Shown: in pieces, positions 58,718-64,000 of the stretch | Numbering within the stretch: the stretch's first letter is position 1 | Layout: each line of letters starts with the position of its first letter | IMG/VR virus record: IMGVR_UViG_3300020036_006490 | Direction: 5' to 3' (one strand) | Length of the DNA: 64,000 bases | Source of the DNA: an uncultured virus (IMG/VR IMGVR_UViG_3300020036_006490) | Lineage: Duplodnaviria; Heunggongvirae; Uroviricota; Caudoviricetes; Crassvirales | Made by a program: the position numbers and the translations under genes | Notes under the pieces: model-generated | The model's input: only the letters and a program-made list of their open reading frames with translations | Told to the model about the DNA's origin: nothing | Database searches by the model: none

Positions 58718-59120
58718 TAGTTTTGTTTTCGAGTAAACAAACAGGGATAAAAAGATAAGTATAATTATATACAATTTTAGCCCAAATATCTGGAGAATCT
58801 GTTATTTCTCCTTTATAATCTTCAGCCTTTTGAGTTCTCATATTTGGCATTTTATGAAAAGAAACTATCTCGCCAGATATAGGCGGATTAGCATTATCAA
58901 TAGTTCCAAATATCAAATTTCTAGGAATCGTAAACAGCGTTTTTCTGTCTGTTATTGTTTCGGCAATATCTTTCCTATAATTTCTTAAGGTATATGCCCA
59001 ATAATACGAGGTTTTGTTTAACGCATGTTGTGTTAATCTCCCACTTTTTGGGTTTTCTGGATCCTTAGCTGTAGAAATTCTATAAGGTCTTATAAGTTTT
59101 ACTGTATCTCCTATTTTCAT
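58707..59120 (-). CDS. Hypothetical protein, member of a tandem paralog array
   Basis: IGDTVKL..FTIPRNLIF..SGEIVSF..AKIVYNYTYLFIPV. Confidence 0.6.
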   Translation of the reverse strand: MKIGDTVKLIRPYRISTAKDPENPKSGRLTQHALNKTSYYWAYTLRNYRKDIAETITDRKTLFTIPRNLIFGTIDNANPPISGEIVSFHKMPNMRTQKAEDYKGEITDSPDIWAKIVYNYTYLFIPVCLLENKTNGR

Positions 59121-59488
59121 TATAATTCTTTTAAAGTTTCTATAGGCAAGTAGCCATAAACACTATGCCCATTTACTATGACTACTACTTTGGCGTATAA
59201 TCCGACTTCATCAAAGTCAGCACCTTCGTAAGTTTTAAATTTTGTAATTTTCTGTTCGTGGGTTTGTTCTAATAGGTCTATACATTCTACCAATTCCACT
59301 AAATAGAACGGACCATCTAAAGTTTTAGAATCTGCTGGAAGATAACAGAACCAAGTTCTTGGCAATTCGTCTTTAGTGCTAATTTGCCACACTAAATCAT
59401 ACTTACCTAATACAGAATCAATTAAACATTCGGCATGAGCTATTGCGTATTCTTTAGCTAATGTAACAGTTTTCATGTAAAGATACAT
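59120..59488 (-). CDS. Hypothetical protein, member of a tandem paralog array
   Basis: KTVTL..AKVVVIVNGHSVYGYLPI. Confidence 0.55.
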   Translation of the reverse strand: MYLYMKTVTLAKEYAIAHAECLIDSVLGKYDLVWQISTKDELPRTWFCYLPADSKTLDGPFYLVELVECIDLLEQTHEQKITKFKTYEGADFDEVGLYAKVVVIVNGHSVYGYLPIETLKEL

Positions 59489-59493
59489 TTTAT

Positions 59494-59871
59494 TTATGAC
59501 AAATTGTATTTTTTCAACAATATTAATGGCAAAGTAATATAAAAATTATGTAAAGGCACAACTGTTACTATTTTTGCTGAATAATATGTTGTATATGTAC
59601 TAGTCAGTATGGCTTTTGTTAAAGCTCTGTGATGATTTTTACTAAAAATCTGCACAATTTCACCTATTATAGTGTTTTTTCCAATAAAAACAGATAAACT
59701 ATTATCTGAAAAGTTGCTGTCTAACTCAAAAATAATATCATATGGTATAGAATATTCTTCACCTGTAGCGTCATCTTTATAAACTCCACAATTTAGGCGG
59801 TCATCCCATCTCAAATAGAGATCTTTCTGAATAGTTACTGTATCACCTGCTTGAAATAATATAGCAGACAT
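59494..59871 (-). CDS. Hypothetical protein, member of a tandem paralog array
   Basis: AGDTVTI..YSIPYDIIF..IGEIVQI..AKIVTVVPLHNFYITLPL. Confidence 0.6.
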   Translation of the reverse strand: MSAILFQAGDTVTIQKDLYLRWDDRLNCGVYKDDATGEEYSIPYDIIFELDSNFSDNSLSVFIGKNTIIGEIVQIFSKNHHRALTKAILTSTYTTYYSAKIVTVVPLHNFYITLPLILLKKYNLS

Positions 59872-59899
59872 AATTTTTATACATTTAAATAAAAGAATT

Positions 59900-59931
59900 A
59901 TAGGCCGGTTATAATAGACCGGCCTATTTTT
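59900..59931. terminator. Strong hairpin, terminator-like
   Basis: ATAGGCCGGT (59900-59909)/ACCGGCCTAT (59918-59927), followed by a T-run on the + strand and an AT-rich tail on the - strand. Confidence 0.6.
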
Positions 59932-60195
59932 ACTAATTTCCTAATACTTTAAAGTAAGTAGTTTAACTACATTCAAAAGAGTTTATCTTACGGTATTTTT
60001 TCTTTGTTCAATCATAAAAAAGATTATCCACATACTTGCCGAACCCCATCCAATCATTCCAGAAATATTATTTTTATATACATCTAGTAGACAGTTTGCA
60101 ATTGCCAGAAGTAGATTCACTATATCAAATGTTGGTATTTTCTTTTCCTTTTCACTTAAGATGTATTGTAGATTTAACTAAGATTATTTTAAAAA

Positions 60196-60296
60196 CAGCC
60201 GGCTAAAAACTTTATGAGACCCCTTACAGGGTCGAATACTACGAATAGCTTAGCCCCAACTAAGTTTGGACCTTAACCAGGTTAATTAACCGGCTG
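60196..60296 (-). ncRNA. Candidate structured RNA A (unassigned)
   Basis: 11-bp closing stem CAGCCGGTTAA/TTAGCCGGCTG (U-G valid on the minus strand), internal hairpins, followed by UUUUU. Confidence 0.45.
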
Positions 60297-60307
60297 AATG
60301 TTTTGTA

Positions 60308-60419
60308 CCCTCTTTGTTTAGAGACTGCCCTTTTACTTCTTACAGAAGCTATTGTATACTAACCCGATGGTACGTTTGCCCGAGACAAGGGCGTCACTTC
60401 GGGCGAGCTACAAAGAGGG
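60308..60419 (-). ncRNA. Candidate structured RNA B with a possible pseudoknot (unassigned)
   Basis: 10-bp closing stem CCCTCTTTGT/ACAAAGAGGG. The loop GCCCTT of the GCCCGA/TCGGGC hairpin can pair with a downstream AAGGGC. Confidence 0.5.
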
Positions 60420-60425
60420 CTTTGC

Positions 60426-62048
60426 TTATTTCTTCCTGTTAGCAATAATAGGAACAACATTGTCCTTTAGCTTAGGAGGAGTTTGTGTTTTTTCAAGTTT
60501 TGTACCTTTAGATTGCACAGCCTCTTTCAAAGCATCTGCAATTGGTACAGGGACTACGCAATGATGAATATCTGCTAGAGTAATTTCATTCTCTAGAGCA
60601 TATGGTTTATCAGCACCAGGTAGAGTATTTTTCGTTTTCAGTGTATGCTCATAGAGCTTCTGATCAAATACATCAACAATTGGATCAATATTCTCTTTAA
60701 TTTTCTCAACAGCTTTATCAGCTGTAGGCTTCTTAAGAGGTGTTAAATGTATTGCAACATCAACTCTACCAGCTCTAAAAGCAGCAGGATTGACATGGCT
60801 TTGCTCAGCATTGAATATCAGAATGTACACTGTATTGTATTGACGTCTATGTTCACCATCTAGCATAGCAAGAAGTATTTGAGACGATGCTTTTGTATCA
60901 TCTAATGCAATTTGAGCTTCATCAATAACCATAATGTTTAATTGACGTTCAGATTCTTTTCCTGCACTATACACATCGTTTAGTGATTGACCTTCTGGAC
61001 TAATATACAAACTCTCTGATATATCTTTCGCACCACTATCAGTATTAAAGATCATAGGGGCAAAACCTTCGAATTCAGGTGTAATTACCGCTTCTACTGT
61101 TGAGGCGTTAAGATAAAAGACTTTACCAATATTCTGTTTAGATAATTCATAACATAAATAACCACCTAATACAGTTTTACCTGTACCTACAGTACCCATG
61201 ATATAAATATTATGCTTAGATTGGACAGCTTTGATAATACCTTCAGAAATGTCACTGAGACTTATTCTGTGTTTCTCATTGTTGAAATCGATGGTAATAT
61301 CTTCATACATTGTTCTCAAATCTTCTGGACCGTTTATCAAGCTAAATGATTTGACGGATTGAGTAATATAATCAGCTCCTCTCTTCACTATCTTGTGAAT
61401 GTAGAAAATTGGATTTTTAGAAGAATTTTCAGTTTTGATAGTAACACTATGGCTCCTAACAATTTTGATAACTTCATCAAATTTAAACTTTGTTTTTCTA
61501 TCATGATAGATTATAACATCACTCATGGTATTTACAAGCTTTTTAGGATCATTTGGTAAAACCTTTTTGTACACTGTGTACAACATAATGATTTTTTCTC
61601 CTTCATGTGAAATAGACAAATAGATTTTATTTGCTTTAGATTCAGGAGCAGGTTCAGCATTAGTGATAACAACGTCAGATTGAAACTCAACTTTAGATTC
61701 TGGAAATCTTTCCAAAATGGCGTCTATAGTTGGGTCGTTTAAATAATAAACTCTTTCACTCGTTCCCGATTTTTGTTGGTTTTCTACAGAAAGCCTAGTA
61801 GAGAAGGTGAACTTTTTTCGTATACCCAACAATTTGGCAGCTATATCAGCTTCTCCTAATTCTCCAAATTTATAGGAGTCTATAATATTTGCAGTAGGCA
61901 TTACAGGACTAGCAATTTCTTGTTCAGCCAATTGTCGCATTTTTGCATTATGTCTAATATACATAACTACAAATACTATCACAATGATAGTGAAGAAAAA
62001 TGCAAATATAGGAAAAAATATTCCTATTTGAGAAATTTCTAACAACAT
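60426..62048 (-). CDS. Membrane-anchored AAA+ ATPase
   Basis: N-terminal transmembrane helix. GTVGTGKT, MVIDEAQ, LLAMLDG and the second-region-of-homology-like AFRAGRVD. Confidence 0.8.
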   Translation of the reverse strand: MLLEISQIGIFFPIFAFFFTIIVIVFVVMYIRHNAKMRQLAEQEIASPVMPTANIIDSYKFGELGEADIAAKLLGIRKKFTFSTRLSVENQQKSGTSERVYYLNDPTIDAILERFPESKVEFQSDVVITNAEPAPESKANKIYLSISHEGEKIIMLYTVYKKVLPNDPKKLVNTMSDVIIYHDRKTKFKFDEVIKIVRSHSVTIKTENSSKNPIFYIHKIVKRGADYITQSVKSFSLINGPEDLRTMYEDITIDFNNEKHRISLSDISEGIIKAVQSKHNIYIMGTVGTGKTVLGGYLCYELSKQNIGKVFYLNASTVEAVITPEFEGFAPMIFNTDSGAKDISESLYISPEGQSLNDVYSAGKESERQLNIMVIDEAQIALDDTKASSQILLAMLDGEHRRQYNTVYILIFNAEQSHVNPAAFRAGRVDVAIHLTPLKKPTADKAVEKIKENIDPIVDVFDQKLYEHTLKTKNTLPGADKPYALENEITLADIHHCVVPVPIADALKEAVQSKGTKLEKTQTPPKLKDNVVPIIANRKK

Positions 62049-62101
62049 AATTTTTACATTTTTTATATGAATAAATAAATACTTAAACAGAGGCCTCCCC
62101 G

Positions 62102-62635
62102 TTAAGAGGAGGCTTGTTTCTTAAGTTCATGAACTTTTTGTACATAACTGAGAATATCTCTCAACTTTGTGGGGTAAGATTTATCCTCAGCATAACCATA
62201 ATCAACGAGGAATTGAATATACTCCTCATTGGTTTTGACCTTCTTACCACGACTAGCTTCATATCGGGACAGGTACTTCTGTTGCCATGCTATGTAGTCT
62301 TTCAACGAAGCGCTAAAATCCCCACCATAATCTGCATGACCTAGTTGTGATCCCTTAGAGAATCCCCTCTTGTTGTGTTTCATACCGAAACCATTCCCAT
62401 TCTTCAAAAATACCTCTGAAGACGCATATCCTGTTTCCAAGATAAATTGAGACATAACAACTTCAGGGAATCTTGCCCCAGCATCTACTATAGGCTCGAA
62501 TGCTTTGTTCCACTTCTCTATTACCGGAGTAACTCCCCGAATAACAGTAGAAATGCGTGGACGCTCAGTAAACAATATTACAGCTATTAATGCGGCTGTA
62601 CAAAAACCGGCAGCGAAAGCTAATGTATTTTTCAT
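62102..62635 (-). CDS. GH73 glucosaminidase-like peptidoglycan hydrolase with an N-terminal hydrophobic anchor
   Basis: SQFILETGY (catalytic Glu), NGFGMK and GYAEDKSY. Ala-rich N-terminal segment. Confidence 0.8.
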   Translation of the reverse strand: MKNTLAFAAGFCTAALIAVILFTERPRISTVIRGVTPVIEKWNKAFEPIVDAGARFPEVVMSQFILETGYASSEVFLKNGNGFGMKHNKRGFSKGSQLGHADYGGDFSASLKDYIAWQQKYLSRYEASRGKKVKTNEEYIQFLVDYGYAEDKSYPTKLRDILSYVQKVHELKKQASS

Positions 62636-62683
62636 GATGTATTTTTTTAGATGTCCTCGACACGATTTTTAAATTAATTATAA

Positions 62684-63385
62684 TTAACATTTTTCGAAAG
62701 CAAACATTGGATATTTCACATCTGTTTTGCCTACAAATTTTAATTTTGTTTTTTCTTCGATTGCTTTTATCGCAGCTTCTATTGATTTTGCGGCAGCTGC
62801 ATACTCAGTAATTAAAACTCTTAATTGATTTTCTGAATATGCGATAATTGTTGGAGAATCTTGCATTTTAGCAATAATATCATCCATAATTGGTACACCA
62901 GTGGTTACCAACTTTACTTTGTCAGCTATGAATTTCTCCTCCCCTTTGTGAAAGAATTTCTGTAGAACAAATTCTACTTTATCATTCACTTTAAACGGGA
63001 TATTGATATCAAAATTCTTTCTTTGAGCAGTATAAATCATTGGAACTCCATCAATAATAGTACCAATCTTCAACATATTAATGTTGTTGTGTGGTTCTGA
63101 TCTTTGGATACCTGATATTACACCGGTCTTAGTCATTGATTTTTCAGTTCTCGGTGGAACTTTGAATAGCGGAGTTTTGGGATTTTCTGGAGCAATATTC
63201 TCCACAACTTTTTCTGGAACTATTGGCGCTATTGGTGCAATAGGTTCTATCGGAGCGATATCAATTACTGGTGGAATAATTTCTTGTTTAGATTTTTCCA
63301 CGTCAATGATTTTGCTCAAATCTTCGAGGGTTGATGCTACTTTTCTCGGCTTATTCCCTCCCTTGTTACGACTTCTTCTTCCCAT
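62684..63385 (-). CDS. Hypothetical protein with a Pro/Ile-rich linker and a possible OB-like domain
   Basis: Basic N-terminus, IAPIEPIAPIAPIVP repeat, KTGVISGI..KVNDKVEF. Confidence 0.55.
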   Translation of the reverse strand: MGRRSRNKGGNKPRKVASTLEDLSKIIDVEKSKQEIIPPVIDIAPIEPIAPIAPIVPEKVVENIAPENPKTPLFKVPPRTEKSMTKTGVISGIQRSEPHNNINMLKIGTIIDGVPMIYTAQRKNFDINIPFKVNDKVEFVLQKFFHKGEEKFIADKVKLVTTGVPIMDDIIAKMQDSPTIIAYSENQLRVLITEYAAAAKSIEAAIKAIEEKTKLKFVGKTDVKYPMFAFEKC

Positions 63386-63701
63386 GGTTAATGTTCAAAT
63401 TTTTTAGTTTAGTTAATAATTGTGTAAAATAGCTTCCTGAGGCAGAGGCTATGGTATGAAAGGTAAGTAAAGATGCTATGCTTTCTAAAGCTTCTTTGTC
63501 TTTATCTGAAAAGCCAAATTCTTTAAAATCATTACCATAATCATGTCTAAATGCGTTGTACATTTCTACAGTTAATACCTCTTCAGTTTGCAGTATCTCT
63601 ACTAGCTTAATTGTATTTTTGAGAGTTCTTTTCATCCAAGCTTTGTTTTTCGAAGCTATCGATAATTTCCTCCCATTTGTGCTCTTTAATGAGCCTTCCA
63701 T
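63366..63701 (-). CDS. Hypothetical protein
   Basis: 111-aa ORF on the coding strand; start uncertain. Confidence 0.45.
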   Translation of the reverse strand: MEGSLKSTNGRKLSIASKNKAWMKRTLKNTIKLVEILQTEEVLTVEMYNAFRHDYGNDFKEFGFSDKDKEALESIASLLTFHTIASASGSYFTQLLTKLKNLNINHGKKKS

Positions 63702-63990
63702 AAAAAATCAAATTTTTAATTAGTAAAATAATGCTTACAAACGGTCCAAATAATACAACTATAGTCATAATTATGGAGCGTCTTACAGTTTTGGGTTTGT
63801 CAGATACATAAAATGTAATGACTTTCGAAGCAGAATAATACAAGCTGCCTAAAACCCAGATAAAAGCCATGATATAAATCATACTATCAGATCTGAATAG
63901 AGTTCTCTGGAACTGGTATACTAATAGAGCATTGATAACACCTCCAATTAGTGGCATCCATTGTATAAACTGCAATAATTTTCCTCTCAT
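63607..63990 (-). CDS. Small membrane protein (about three TM segments)
   Basis: Three hydrophobic stretches in 127 aa. Confidence 0.55.
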   Translation of the reverse strand: MRGKLLQFIQWMPLIGGVINALLVYQFQRTLFRSDSMIYIMAFIWVLGSLYYSASKVITFYVSDKPKTVRRSIIMTIVVLFGPFVSIILLIKNLIFYGRLIKEHKWEEIIDSFEKQSLDEKNSQKYN

Positions 63991-64000
63991 CTTTATTAAT

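Noticed and set aside
59983..60125. Possible 45-aa hydrophobic ORF (GTG start, minus strand)
   Set aside because: Short, with a weak start and no supporting motif. It cannot be distinguished from chance in AT-rich DNA.
60215..60350. CTGTAAG loops resembling a tRNA-Tyr anticodon loop
   Set aside because: No D-arm, T-arm (GTTCRA) or acceptor stem geometry. The 60218 hairpin fits a GNRA tetraloop better. No tRNA gene was recognised in the window.
63215..63280. Short repeats encoding IAPIEPIAPIAPIVP
   Set aside because: Low-complexity protein linker, not a DNA repeat array.
37054..63407. Plus-strand ORFs in the replication block (e.g. 46192..46737, 47212..47712, 49266..49598, 63081..63407)
   Set aside because: They lie antisense to well-supported minus-strand genes and have no independent evidence.
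1..64000. Stop-codon reassignment (TAG/TGA), known in some crAss-like phages
   Set aside because: Very long ORFs are intact under the standard code, and TAG ends genuine genes (e.g. primase, dnaB). The only breaks are explained by an intron and a decayed endonuclease.
1..64000. CRISPR array or diversity-generating retroelement
   Set aside because: No regularly spaced direct repeats, no reverse transcriptase motifs and no TR/VR pair were seen by eye.

Overview
AT-rich, gene-dense segment of a crAss-like (Crassvirales-type) podophage genome, probably infecting a Bacteroidota host (inferred from gene content and A-rich leaders without Shine-Dalgarno motifs). It reads in the standard genetic code. 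Positions 1-35.2 kb (+ strand) are the virion/ejected-protein block. It holds a tail stabilisation protein (open to the window edge), cargo proteins and a 6320-aa polyprotein. The polyprotein carries the virion RNA polymerase (DFDxD motif) plus SF1-helicase, zincin, L,D-transpeptidase-like and possible macro-like domains. The block also has a decayed GIY-YIG endonuclease, an ART-like cargo protein, a ferritin-like protein and a PD-(D/E)xK-bearing cargo protein. After a convergent terminator, 35.3-64 kb (- strand) holds replication and accessory genes. Replication genes include an exonuclease, an endonuclease-I-like resolvase, Ung, primase, an AAA ATPase split by a group I intron (41621-42449, HNH ORF), a DnaB helicase with an HNH intein, an SF2 helicase and PolA. 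Accessory genes include a dispersed amidoligase/ATP-grasp/GATase/GGCT set, cell-envelope enzymes (M15 peptidase, LysM lipoprotein, GH73) and a four-gene paralog array. Signals I cannot assign to known families: three highly structured intergenic RNA candidates (53806-54058, 60196-60296, 60308-60419); a fixed-spacing CCGAA motif upstream of six genes of the replication block; TonB-box-like and (Y/M)AxGG motifs in ejected proteins; and an SSB-like DDIPF tail on the primase. All calls come from motif reading only; no searches were run.
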